Below, in pieces: positions 1 through 11,369 of a stretch of DNA of 64,000 bases. The DNA comes from Octopus vulgaris (Eukaryota): contig OX597817.1 in NCBI GenBank assembly GCA_951406725.2, positions 51,646,001 to 51,710,000 on the forward strand, in the 5' to 3' direction. A program made the translations under genes and the position numbers. The notes beneath the pieces were generated by a model. It was not told where the DNA came from and searched no databases. It was given only the letters and a program-made list of their open reading frames with translations. Within the stretch, counting starts at the first letter, position 1; each line of letters begins with the position of its first letter.

Positions 1-83
1 TTGCCCAAGGTGCCACGCAATGGGACTGAACCCGGAACCATGTGGCTGGTAATCAAGCAACTTACTACACAGCCACTCCTACC
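1..83 (-). mobile_element. SINE family A, tRNA-like head fragment
   Basis: Reverse complement of the head of the full copy at 62379 (tggctgtgt..gt...ggttccgggttcagtccc...gtggcaccttgggcaa). Confidence 0.8.
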
Positions 84-86
84 ATT

Positions 87-111
87 AGACAGACAGACAG
101 ATTAGATAGAT

Positions 112-194
<83 letters not shown>
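87..194. repeat. (AGAC)n/(AGAT)n microsatellite
   Basis: Direct reading. Confidence 0.95.
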
Positions 195-195
<1 letters not shown>

Positions 196-688
196 ATTGT
201 CTGCAAATATTTACTGAACACTAGGTAAAGTACAATAGTCACATACGTGCGCGCGCAAATTGCAGAGGGAGAGGGGAAAGGGAGAGAGTGAGAGAGGGAC
301 GGAAAGCGCGGGAGTGAGAGATAGAGACAGACAGACAGATAGCTCGACAGGCAGACAGACAGACAAACGCATACACCCAACAGGCATATTTAGAAGGAAA
401 GATTGATAGTCGGAGTTATCAAAGCATGGCCGATGGTCAGTTTCGTCTCCGTCTGTCAAAGATGACCATCGGCGAACGTTTTAAAGTCGTCAACTTTTGC
501 ACTGTATACTCATCCCTCTATATACACCCATACCCACATATATGCGTGTGCGCGCGAGTTGGTGTGTGTTTGTATGTATGTATGTATGTGTCTGAGTTTG
601 TGCGTATGTGTGTATATATACATATATAAATATATATACACTTATATATATAAATATATATATATATATGTATATACCTATATATACA

Positions 689-755
<67 letters not shown>

Positions 756-1169
756 CGTACAGTGACTTTTGAGGTTGGTCATTCAGCTGAATCAAATTTG
801 AAATTATTTCATTAAGAGAAACCATTTAGTTTCGTAACATGGCCCCGGGGACCGCTGTTTAATAAGTCTAAAATAAAAGAAAGACCTACAAATTATCATT
901 CATCATTCACTTACATCATTTATAAATCAATTCCATACTTCGATCATTATATATTTTTACATATTCGCAGAAACCTTTCGTTTTAATTAGTTATTGGAAT
1001 AAATCATTTGTAATTAATAAAAGTCCTAACCCTGAAACTAATTCCTCTGCTATTGAATTACTTTGCTAAGTTTTAAATCTCTTCAATGCCTAAATGACCG
1101 CTCTACAGAGCCAGGGGTTGAGGGAACTGATCAAATTTGGCTTCAAGCATTGAGGAAACTTCAATAAGA

Positions 1170-1547
1170 TACTCTTTTACTTGTTTCAGTCATTTGACTG
1201 TGACCATGCTGGAGCGCCGCCTTTTAGTCGAGCAAATCGACCCCAGGACTTATTCTTTGTAAGCCTAGTACTTATTCTCTCGGTCCCTTTTGCCGAACCG
1301 CTAAGTGAAGAGGGCGTAAACGCACCAGCATCGGTTGTCAAGCGATGTTGGAGGGACAAACACACACACAAACACACATATATATACATATACATATATA
1401 CGACGGGCTTCTTTCAGTTTCCGTCTACCAAATCCACTCACAAGGCTTTGGTCGGCCCGAGGCTATAGTAGAAGATATTTGCTCAAGTTGCCACGCAGTG
1501 GGACCGAACCCAGAACCATATAGTTGGTAAACAAGCTACTTACCACA
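1170..1547 (-). mobile_element. SINE family A, near full length
   Basis: Colinear with 62379-62780: head, CORE-like segment, internal (TA/TG)n, tail ending gactgaaacaagtaaaagag. An extra tail copy lies at 1575-1790. Confidence 0.9.
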
Positions 1548-1977
1548 TAACATTTCCATTGGAAATTTTTTATCTCTTACTTGTTGCACTTGTTAGACTG
1601 CGGCCATACTGGGGCACCGCCTTGAAGGATTTTAGTCGAACGAATCGACCCCAGTCCTAATTTTTGTTTTTCCTTTGTTTGTTTTTTTAAAGCCTATTCT
1701 ATCACTCTGTTTGCCGAACCCCTAAGTTAAGGGGACTTAAACGCACCAACACCCGTTGCCAAGTGGTTGGGGGGGGGGGCAAAAATAGAGACACGCACAC
1801 ACACATATAAATACATCCACACACAGAAACACACACGCACACACATATACTTATACATATTCATATGTGGGGGGTGAAGGGTTCTTTCAGTTTAGCCCCG
1901 AAATGATAATTCCTGATGATTTAGAGTAACAGACGAAAACCTCAATAAAAAGTCTCTTTCATTTAACCCCTTCAATA

Positions 1978-2405
1978 TAGGTGCAAGCATGGATGTGTGG
2001 TAAATAGCTTGCTTCCCCGTCACATGGTTCCGGGCTCAGTCCCATTCCGTGGCACCTTCGGCAAGTGTCTTCAACAGAAACCTCGGCCCGACAAAAGCCT
2101 TATGAGTGGATTTGTAAGAAGGAAATTGCAAGAAGCTCGTTGTAAATACAGATATATATATGTATATATTTATGTTTGTGTGTCTTTGCGCCTGTTTTTG
2201 TTCCCCCACCCCCACCCCCGTAACGCCAGGACAACCGGTGTTGATGTGTTTACATCCCCTAAGTTAGCGATTCGACAAATGAGACCGATAGAAAAAATGC
2301 TAGGCTTGAAAAGTAAGTCCTGAAGTCGATTTGTTCGACTAAAACCCTTCAAGGCGGTACTCCAGCAAGGCCGCAGTCAAATGACTGAAACAAGTAAAAA
2401 AATAA
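1978..2405 (+). mobile_element. SINE family A, diverged full copy
   Basis: Head ggtgcaagcatggatgtgtggtaa...gtggcaccttcggcaagtgtct, tail cagtcaaatgactgaaacaagtaaaa. Confidence 0.85.
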
Positions 2406-3480
2406 ACGACAAAAACTGTTGAATGCGCTTTTATGAGCATGTAATTGTGGGTCCGTGTAAACATACTTAAATGTTTTAAGATCTGTGAAGGATTTTATAT
2501 ATCTTAAAGAACGATCATGTTTTAGCATAGCCATAGGTACATTATTTTAATCATCGTAACCTTTTATCATGGCAAACAGTTTCTTCCTAAACTAAACAGC
2601 ATGCATGGTCAGCAGAATATATTATTTGATTTAACTCTTCCAATTAACCACTTTTTCTTCCCTGTAGATTAATCTGAAATTGTCTAATACATTTTGCGTT
2701 AGCAAATTGGGTAATTTCGGCGTTGATCTACAATCATTTATCATCTGTAACTGTTTTACACAGAGAAAGAAGCGGGAAAGAAAGTTTGTATGAGAGATAG
2801 AAAGAGGCGGAAGATGGGGATAAAAAGAAAGAGAGAGAGATAGAGTGAGGAATATATGCTGGTATACAGTAGTTTACGTCTACAAGTGAGAAAACTGAGG
2901 AGTAACAACCACTACATTTGCATAGTTGCATATAATTTCATTCGCTGTGAATGGGCTATAACCAACAAAATTACAGACATACTGGGTTTGAAAATATACT
3001 ACAGGAAAACATTTAATAAACATGCGTTTTACTTCCTTAAGTCAATGACCAACTTTGCTAAACCACAGCCTGTCTCTGAAGAACACGTCTACAAGTTTCG
3101 CCTGAGCATTAACTGTTAATCCGAAGATAACGGTAAGATAACAAAAGAAAGAAAGAGACCTCAATATTGTGTAAATAGAGGAAATTTATCTATAAACTAA
3201 TATGTTACATTTACTCAATAGTCAAGATACAAACTCTGAGTTTCAGATGCCGAAGTAGAAATCCACAACACCATCTCTTCGGTTATCTGGCCATCTGAAA
3301 AACGCTATGAAAAAATACCGTTATATAAAGGAAAATTACTGTTATAATTCTACTCGCGGCCCCACGTGCGTCACTATGAAAACGTATACGTCATATACGT
3401 CACTATGAAAACGTACACATCTTCACTCGCATTTTTCGCCAAATATATACGCATATATATACAAACTCATACACACACAC

Positions 3481-4155
3481 ATGCGTACCGTAAAAGTTCA
3501 TACATACGTCTATATACGCACAAGCACGAGAAAAACCATGGTTAAAGGTAACAGAAAAAACATAAGGAAGTATACAAAGCATAAAACCACGTTCAATAAA
3601 CTCTTCAATAAACACAATTTAAAAATTAGTTTTAGTTCTACTACCAATTTTAAAAATATAATCACACATAACACACAAAAACCACAAGAAAACAGCTGTT
3701 CATGCAGGAATAAAAAATTGTGCCCGCTAAATGGAGCTTGCATGTCCGAGACCATCATCTATGAAGCTACCGTGGACTCTATAACCACTAAAGACACCGT
3801 TTCGACGAAGAAATACGTGGGCCTTACAGAGGGTAGTTTCAAGGCCAGGTTCAATAACCACACCTTGAGTTTTAGGCACTGGAACAAAAGAAAAGCGACA
3901 AAATTATCTAATCATATTTGGTCTTTAAAAGATAAAGGTGTCGATTATAACATCCATTGGAAGATTTTGGCCAAATGTAAGCCCTACACCAACGGCAGCG
4001 GAAGGTGCGGTCTATGCGACATGGAGAGATGGCTTATCTGGAAAAGCAGCTTAGACCCTACTACATGTCTAAACTCAAGGACAGAACTTTTCGGATCATG
4101 CCCATATGTGACAAAATTTTTGTTACGTTTTTGGTCCCCTAAAGAAAACAGATAG
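3481..4155 (+). CDS. GIY-YIG endonuclease domain of a Penelope-like retroelement (no RT)
   Basis: 224-aa open frame: CSC..CPLNGAC, IIYEATV..KYVGLTE..FKARFNNH, LSNHIW, CGLC..E, LNSRTE..SC. This is the Cys-rich GIY-YIG pattern of Naiad/Chlamys PLEs. The first ~38 codons come from the inverted arm. Confidence 0.85.
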   Translation: MRTVKVHTYVYIRTSTRKTMVKGNRKNIRKYTKHKTTFNKLFNKHNLKISFSSTTNFKNIITHNTQKPQENSCSCRNKKLCPLNGACMSETIIYEATVDSITTKDTVSTKKYVGLTEGSFKARFNNHTLSFRHWNKRKATKLSNHIWSLKDKGVDYNIHWKILAKCKPYTNGSGRCGLCDMERWLIWKSSLDPTTCLNSRTELFGSCPYVTKFLLRFWSPKENR

Positions 4156-4847
4156 AACTTGCTTTCTATATTATGTTCCAAAAAGTTTTTTTATCTCATT
4201 ATACCTTTTATTATTTCATATATATTTTTATATTTTCACACATTAATTTTTTCTGTACTTTTTCTATCCTGCATTTTTTCCTGTGCCTATATAGATGTGT
4301 ATATAGATTCATTTGTACACATGTGTGAATATGTATGAGTGGGCAGTTTTAGATGTGTGCGTGTGTGCGGGCATAAGAATGCACATATATATATAGACGT
4401 TTTTACTTAGTGTTTTTCCACTTTTTTTTTTGGGGGGGGACATATGTATATTCATTTTTTGTATATGCGTGTGTATGTATGCGTACATAAATATGTGCGG
4501 GTATGTACATATATGGGCGTGTGTGAGTATGAGTGCATAGGGGCATGTCCGTATATGAACGTGGATTTTATGCTTTGTATACTTCCTTATGTTTTTTTCT
4601 GTTACCTTTAACCATGGTTTTTCTTGTGCTTATGCGTATATAGACGTATGTATGAACTTTTACGGTACGCATGTGTTTGTGTATGAGTTTGTATATATAT
4701 GCGTATATATTTGACGAAAAATGCGAGTGAAGATGTGTACGTTTTCATAGTGACGTATAAGTACGCACGTGGGTTCGCGAGCAGAATTATAACACAGTAA
4801 TTTCCCTTTATATAACGGTATTTTTTCATAGCGTTTTTCAGATGGCC

Positions 4848-4909
4848 AGATAACCGAAGAGATGGTGTTGTGGATTTCCACTTCGCATTTGAAACTCAGA
4901 GTTTTATCT
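4848..4909 (+). ncRNA. Minimal type-I hammerhead ribozyme-like motif, U4C core variant
   Basis: agataa-CCGAAGA-gatg..catt-tGAAA-c-tcaga-GTT-ttatct; stem I agataa/ttatct, palindromic stem III. Mirrored copy at 3225-3288 (-). Confidence 0.6.
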
Positions 4910-4934
4910 TGAGTATTGAGTAAATGTAACATAT

Positions 4935-4992
<58 letters not shown>

Positions 4993-4995
<3 letters not shown>

Positions 4996-5227
4996 CTAAG
5001 ATCGTGTACTGAAGCAAAAACAATTGCGGAATGGAAGGTGTTTATAAGCCATTTAAAAACACACAAAAACTGTTCACTGACAAAATTCCGTGCTGCACGG
5101 AATTTTGTCAGTGAACAGGTCACGGTCTCAAAGCGACGGAATATATTTTGGCAAATTAAATTGAAATGTTGAAGTCAATCTAACAGTCTTTGTGTGCTTT
5201 TAAACACCTTCCAGACGTGAATTGTTT
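4993..5227. repeat. Nested fold-back element between (TA)n and (TG)n
   Basis: Perfect 24-bp palindrome 5070-5093/5095-5118 inside an imperfect outer IR (~5018-5073 / ~5183-5227). Confidence 0.75.
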
Positions 5228-5237
5228 ATGTGTGCGT

Positions 5238-5320
<83 letters not shown>

Positions 5321-5410
5321 TGTGTGCGTGCGTGCGTGTGTGTGTGTGTGTAAAATAGAAAATTACTATTTGTAAATTTCTCAACGAGAGACGTTGGGTA
5401 ACAGTACTCT

Positions 5411-5806
5411 AGAGTACAGATTATTTGCCAACATAACGTGGCAGTCTTTGTCAGGACGAATGCTACTGCTATTTAGCCCAAGGAAACATCGTCTCCAGCT
5501 GTCTATATGACACACTATCTGTGTTCATATACTTTCGAACAAGGGAATTTAGCATCCCCACTCAGCACAAAACAATATCTTTGTACCGCAATTTCTGGCT
5601 TATTTCACTTCAGCAAAACAATATAACAAATCGCGATAAAGAGATATTGTTTTGTGCTGAGTGGGGATGCTAAACTCCCTTGTTCGAAAATATAAGGACA
5701 CAGACCGTGTGTCGTATAGCCAGCTGAAGATGATGTTTCCTGGGGCTAAAGAGCAGTAGCATTCGTCCTAACCGGGACTGCTCGTTATGTTGGCAAATAA
5801 TCTTTA

Positions 5807-5810
<4 letters not shown>
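5411..5810. mobile_element. ~170-bp inverted-repeat (fold-back/MITE-like) element
   Basis: Arms 5411-5580 and 5642-5810 are reverse complements with scattered mismatches. A related single arm lies at ~39190-39345. Confidence 0.75.
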
Positions 5811-5856
<46 letters not shown>

Positions 5857-5861
5857 GTGTT

Positions 5862-6163
5862 GAGGCGCAATGGCCCAGTGGTTATGGCAGCGGACTCGCG
5901 GTTGTAGGATCGCGGTTTTGATTCCCAGACCGGTCATTGTAAGTGTTTATTGAGCGAAAACTCCTAGAGATCAAACAGTCTCCAGCCGGGGTTGGTGTCG
6001 ATCCCGGCTGTACTCTTTCGACACAACTTTCTCTCACTCTTTCTTCTGTTGGCCTGCTCCCTTAGCCAGTGGGATTGCATCATTTCAAAGCTAAAACAAT
6101 GCGAAGCGCATTGTGACCAGCGATGTGTAGCAACATCTGGTAGTCTGGTCGGTCACAGTGATA
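5862..6163 (+). mobile_element. SINE family C (tRNA-derived)
   Basis: A-box tggcccagtgg and B-box-like gttttgattcc; body and tail match the copy at 26945-27268. Confidence 0.85.
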
Positions 6164-6557
6164 TATATTTAGAAAACCAGATAGAATGCTTAACAGCGTT
6201 TCGTCCGTCTGTACGTTTACTGGCGATGCTCCATGTCTTAGGGCTGAAACGTATGAAAGATTAAAGATATTCATATATATATGTATATATATATACTCAC
6301 ACACATACGTGCAACTTAATGTTTCTTAAAGATTAGTTGAACGAGTATGTAGGAGGAGAACAGCTGGATGGGTAACTGAAGAATATAAATCAAAAGCAAA
6401 TTTGTGTTACCAAATAAACAGAAGTAAGAAGTAAATCTACTCGCTAAAAAATATATCGTCTTTTTAATGAAAACTGCTTAAAGGACGCATGGAAAGAAAA
6501 ACTGAACGACAGCTTCGGATGCGATGTTCTATTAAGTTTGATATATATCTTGATGTA

Positions 6558-6869
6558 GGGCGGAGAGCTGGCAGAAACGTTAGCACGCCGGGCGTAATCT
6601 TTAGCGGTATTTCGTCTGCCGCTACGTTCTGAGTTCGAATTCCGCCGAGGTCGACTTTGCCTTTCATCTTTTCGGGCTCGATTAAATAAGTACAAGTTAC
6701 GCACTTGGGTCGATATAATCGAGTTAATAAGTTTTTCTGTCCATGTTTGTCCCTTCTGTGTTTAGCTCCTTGTGGGTAGTAAAGAAATAGAAATAGGTAT
6801 TTCGTCTGCCGCTACGTTGAGTTCAAATTCCACCGAGGTCGACTTTGCCTTTCATCCTTTCGAGGTCAA
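6558..6869 (+). mobile_element. SINE family B, 1.4-mer
   Basis: ggcggagagctggcagaaacgttagc..gagttcgaattcc..gtcgactttgcctttcatc..aaagaaata, then restarts at ggtatttcgtctgcc. Confidence 0.9.
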
Positions 6870-6874
6870 TTTCT

Positions 6875-7769
6875 ATTATTTTCACTTGATTTCTCAGAGC
6901 ACGTGATTTTACTTCCTCCGGTTAATTCTGTAAGAGCGGACAGTAATCTCTTCTCGAAGGTCTCACAGGGTGATTTTCCACGATACATTACCTTCCATCG
7001 TTTCGGAGTCGATAAAATAAGTACCATTTGAGAACTTAGTGGGTGAGTGTCAATGAGATCGACTTACCCATTCCCCCGAAGTTGTCGCCTTGTGCCAAAA
7101 TTCGAAACCATTATTAGCATCACCATCATCGAGGACAGAAGTGCAAGATAATTCTTTTCGATTTTTGTCGGTGACTATCATTTTGAACGCTTTGAAATTT
7201 ATTAAAGCCATGCCATTATTAATTGATTTGTTATTTGAAATATGGAATCATCGCATGCACTGCTAGACATCAATTACACATGCGTTTAATTTGCAAAAAA
7301 AAAATCATTGCAAATAAGGTGAAAGCAACTTCAAGAATGGCCCTGGTCATCTAAAACCGAAACATCTTCAGGTGATATCAATGCGGATTGAAGTTATATT
7401 CAGAATTTTAAAATTAAGTTTGCAAACCATTCTGGAATTAAACGCTACTTAAAAACGTACAACTGTTAAAAAAGAGCTCATAAAATTTCAAAGCTCCTCA
7501 CTATATCAGAGAACGGCTATGTTATTAGAAAAATAATTATTTTAACTTCTACAGTTCTATATTTAATACATGAAGAATTATGTATACATAATTTACATTT
7601 GACAGGTATTTGTCCTCATCTTCTCCTATTATTATTATTATTATTATATTTATCAATATTATTATTATTATTATTACCCTCGCCTTAGCTAAGGCGAAGG
7701 TATTGTTTCCAGTCGTGTTTGTTTGTTTGTTTGTTTGTTTGTTTGTCCGTGGACAAGATATCTCAAGAA
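6875..7769 (+). repeat. Local segmental duplication, copy 1
   Basis: Colinear with 9504-10418 over ~0.9 kb, including unique-looking DNA and nested TE fragments. Confidence 0.9.
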
Positions 7770-8085
7770 ACGCAGGATCGATTCGTATGAAACTTTCAGG
7801 GATGTTTGGCCTCATGACTGGCATGAACTGATTAGATTTTGGGATCGATCTGGTACCGGATATGGATTCCTGATTATTTTTCCGTTTTCTTTTTTTTTTT
7901 TTTTTTTTTTTTTGTTTTCTATACTTAATTTTTGAGAGTGGTTGGGTTCACTTTTAGTTTTCTCACTTGTGAAAGCATTCGAATTTATTTAAGATATTCT
8001 CATTTTAAAAATCAACTCTGGCTAATCTTTGAGAGAACGTTGTTGTTGCCTTGGCGGAGGTTTGTGTTTTCTGAGTGCTCTTGTT
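7674..8085 (+). mobile_element. Non-autonomous Helentron-type element (HINE/DINE-1-like)
   Basis: 5' hairpin (ccgccttagc.aaggcg), (GTTT)n, subterminal IR partner cttggcggaggt (8050-8061), then a 3' stem remnant, inserted in T-rich DNA. Truncated duplicate at 10320-10418. Confidence 0.65.
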
Positions 8086-8179
8086 GCTGTTGTTGTTCTT
8101 CTTCTCATTATTATTATTAGTAGTAGTAGTAGTGTAGTATCATTATTATCATTATTATTATTATTATTATTATTACTTT

Positions 8180-8640
8180 TTTTTTTCTTCTTTCAAATTT
8201 TCTTCCATTTCTTGCCGAGTGTCTTCCCGACTCCTAGGGCAAAGAAATTCATAGTGTATATTGGTAGGCCATTAAAGCAAACTCAGTAGTTCGTTCATTT
8301 TTTTTTTTTTTTAAGTTAAATTAAAATACATGAGCAGCAACAGTTCTCACATCGACAATGCTCTTCTCAATACGTGTGATGTACCAGTTAAGACAATCTT
8401 TTGCACTTCTTGCAGGGATGGTAAGCCAGGGATCATTCTCATATAATTTTCGGTTCCCTTCTTGATCATTCCTAGTGCTCCTACGATCACTGGTATTGTA
8501 ACCGCCTTGAGATGCCACATTTTCTCAATTTCAATGAGTAGGTCTTTATATTTTCTGAGCTTGTCAAACTCTTTCGCTGAGATATTATGATCACAGGGGA
8601 TGCTCATGTCGATCAATAAGCAAACTTGATTGTTTTGATT
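8180..8640 (-). mobile_element. R4/Dong-clade non-LTR retrotransposon 3' end (RLE domain + 3' UTR)
   Basis: CLLIDMSIPCDHNISAKEFDKLRKYKDL..VIVGALG..LQEVQKIVLTGTSHVLRRAL; flanked by (AAT)n. Confidence 0.8.
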
Positions 8641-8679
8641 ATTATTATCACTATTATTATAAGTTTTATTATTATTATT

Positions 8680-9415
8680 TTTATTTTCCCTCTTTCTCCA
8701 AATTTTCTTCCATTTCTCGACGAGTGTTTTCCGTACACCTAGGGCAGAGAAGCTTATTGTATGCACTCCTAGATTACATACGCAAAATCACAGGTAAAAT
8801 ATGTATTTTAAAAAATCAATCAATAAATAAATTCATGAATGGATGTTGTTATTAAGGCGATGATGCTCTTCTCAGTACAAGAGTCGTTCCAGTTAACACA
8901 ATTTTTTGCACTTCCTATAGGGATGGTAAGCCTGGTATCATTTTCAAATAGGTTTCAGTACCTTTTTTTTATCATTCCCGGAGATCCTACAATCACTGGT
9001 ACTGTAGTAGCCTTGAGAAGCCAACTTTTTTTCTCAATTTCTATTAGCAACTCTTTATATTTAATAATCTTGTCAAATTCTTTCGCCGCTATCTTGTGAT
9101 CGCAAGGAATACTCATGTCAATTAATAAACACACCTTTTTTGTCTGATATTTTATAATAATATCCGGTTTATGAGCTTTTATAGTTTTGTCGGTATGTAC
9201 GGGGAAGTCCCATAGAATCGACACATTTTCTCCCTCAGTCACAGCTTCAAGATGGTGTTTATACCATTTGTCAGCGGTTTTGATTTTATAATGCCGACAT
9301 ATTGTCCAGAATAAATACTGTCCGACTCTGTCATATTTTGCTTTCAATCTCATCGTTACAGAATCGGCATTTTGGGTCAGCTCCATTTTCTATCACATTG
9401 GCTTGGTAGTTCCGG
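8680..9415 (-). mobile_element. Second R4/Dong-clade 3' fragment, degenerate
   Basis: PKCRFC remnant, ILWDFPVHTDKTIKAHKPDIII..IDMSIP..K..KY (PD..D..K restriction-like EN), frameshifted; (AAT)n on both sides. Confidence 0.8.
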
Positions 9416-9455
9416 TTTAATAATAATAATAATGATGATAATAATAATAATAATA

Positions 9456-9503
<48 letters not shown>

Positions 9504-9509
<6 letters not shown>

Positions 9510-10254
9510 TTCCCTTGATTTCTCAGAGCACGTGATTTTACTTGCTCCCCTTAATTCTGTAAGAGCGGACAGTAATCTCTTCTCAAAGGTCTCACAGGGT
9601 GATTTTCCACGATACTTTAACTTCCATCGTTTCGGAGTCGATACAATAAGTACCATTTGAGAACTTAGTGGGTGAGGGTCAATGAAATCGACTTTCCCAT
9701 TCCCCCGAAGTTGTCGCCTTGTGCCAAAATTCGAAACCATTATCAGCATCATCATCATCGAGGAGAGAAGTGCAAGATAATTCTTTTCGATTTTTGTCGG
9801 TGACTATCATTTTGAACGCTTTGCAATTTATTAAAGACATGCCATTATTAATTGATTTGTTATTTGAAATATGGAATCATCGCATGCACTGCTAGACATC
9901 AATTACGCATGCGTTTAATTTGCAATTAAAAAAATCATTGCAAATAAGGTGAAAGCAACTTCAAGAATAGCCCTGGACATCTGAAACCGAAACATCTTCA
10001 GGTGATATCAATGCGGATTGAAGTTATTTTCGGAATTTAAAAATTAAGTTTGCAAACCATTCTGGAATTAAATGCTACTTAAAAAAGTACAACTGTTAAA
10101 AAAGAGCTTATAAAATTTCAAAGCCCATGACTATATCAGAGAACCGCTATGTTATTAGCAATATAAATATTTCAACTTCTACAGTTCTATATTTAAGAGA
10201 TGAGGAATTATGTACATTTTTTACATTTGACGGATATTTGTCCTCATCTTGTCC

Positions 10255-10306
<52 letters not shown>

Positions 10307-10418
10307 GTTATTATTATTATTACCTCCGCCTTAGCGAAGGCGAAGGTGTTGTTTCCCGTCGTGTTTGTTTGTTTGTTTTTTGCTTGTTTGTTTGTCCATG
10401 GACAAGATATCTCAAGAA
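9504..10418 (+). repeat. Local segmental duplication, copy 2
   Basis: See 6875-7769; offset ~2.63 kb. Confidence 0.9.
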
Positions 10419-10500
10419 GAAACAAGGAAGATTCATTAACAAAAGTTGAGTCTTATTTATATTATTTACATTTGACGGATATTTTTCCTCATCTTTTTGT

Positions 10501-10546
10501 TGTTAACGTTTCGGCTGATATATCCTCCAGACTTCATCAGGTGTCT
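10501..10546 (-). ncRNA. Minimal hammerhead ribozyme, canonical core
   Basis: acac-CTGATGA-a-gtctg..cagcc-GAAA-c-GTT. The stem I 3' arm (gtgt, intact at 17494-17497 in the other copy) is deleted here. Confidence 0.7.
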
Positions 10547-10626
10547 TGGGGATTTTTCGAACCTGGGTTCTCATTCCTAAGGTATTTTTCGATGTTGTTG
10601 TTATTATTATTATTATTATTATTATT

Positions 10627-11180
10627 GAGTGAGAGAGCAGTGCATGCCATCAAAGTGACACTGTTGTAAAATACACCAAGCCCAGTATACACATCATAAC
10701 TACCCATCTAATAAGAGTACACTAGGCACATGCATCACAACCATATGTGCGCGACATCGTGATTTCATATCAAGATATACAGCACATGACTTTGCACGTG
10801 GGGCCCAGTTAGAATTTTCTCCTGGTCGAGTAACCCATCCCAATCAAAAGGTCCCTGAATAAGGGTTGTTTAAGGATGTTGAACGAAACACCCATGTTTC
10901 CAGAGGTAAATTATTCAAATCCCAAAGAATCCCTCTGAACACATGGCTATGATGCTCCCCCACTACTTCGGCTTGTGATCAGAGATGCACATATTGTCAG
11001 CCACTAAGGGACATGCTCAACTGGTTATGGTCAAACAACTGAGAAGCAAATCTGTGGTATTGAGCAGAATATTTGCAGTAGGCTATCTTTTGTACCAAGA
11101 CAAAACAATGTACATGATAACACTTCCAATCAGTTAAGATCAGAATCCATGAGAGCCACTGCCTGGTACTGCATCAGGGC
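10627..11180. mobile_element. Unclassified ~550-bp non-coding insertion in (ATT)n
   Basis: Flanked on both sides by (ATT)n and absent from the otherwise colinear copy at 17290-17535. Confidence 0.55.
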
Positions 11181-11229
11181 ATTATTATTATTATTATTAT
11201 CATTATTATTATCATTATTATTATTATTA

Positions 11230-11268
<39 letters not shown>

Positions 11269-11369
11269 TCACTGCTTGGAATCGAACTCGGAATCTTGGG
11301 GTTAGTATCCTGCATTCTTAACAACTACGCCATAAGGAAAAAAAAGTATAGTAGATATGGCTGTGTTTT

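Larger units (their letters stand above)
3121..4936 (+). mobile_element. Penelope-like element (Naiad-type), 5'-truncated, with inverted pLTR/3' UTR copy
   Basis: GIY-YIG ORF lies between inverted arms 3198-3595 and 4556-4936. The left arm extends ~75 nt further (tail), the right end abuts (TA)n, and both arms carry an HHR-like motif. Confidence 0.85.
10420..11334 (-). mobile_element. tRNA-headed SINE-like element with hammerhead ribozyme (family H), interrupted by a 550-bp insert
   Basis: Head 11334-11263 (tggcgtagttgt A-box, gttcgattcc B-box), (AAT)n linker, body 10600-10420 containing the HHR. The same order is seen at 17290-17535. Confidence 0.75.

Noticed and set aside
429-473. 11-bp perfect stem hairpin as miRNA or ribozyme
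   Set aside because: Too short for a pre-miRNA, no ribozyme core, and single copy.
1905-1945. CTGATGA...GAAA hammerhead candidate
   Set aside because: No stem II, stem I or stem III pairing.
3481-4400. Selenoprotein-type Naiad (in-frame UGA plus SECIS)
   Set aside because: No in-frame TGA in the endonuclease; Cys codons are standard and no SECIS was recognised.
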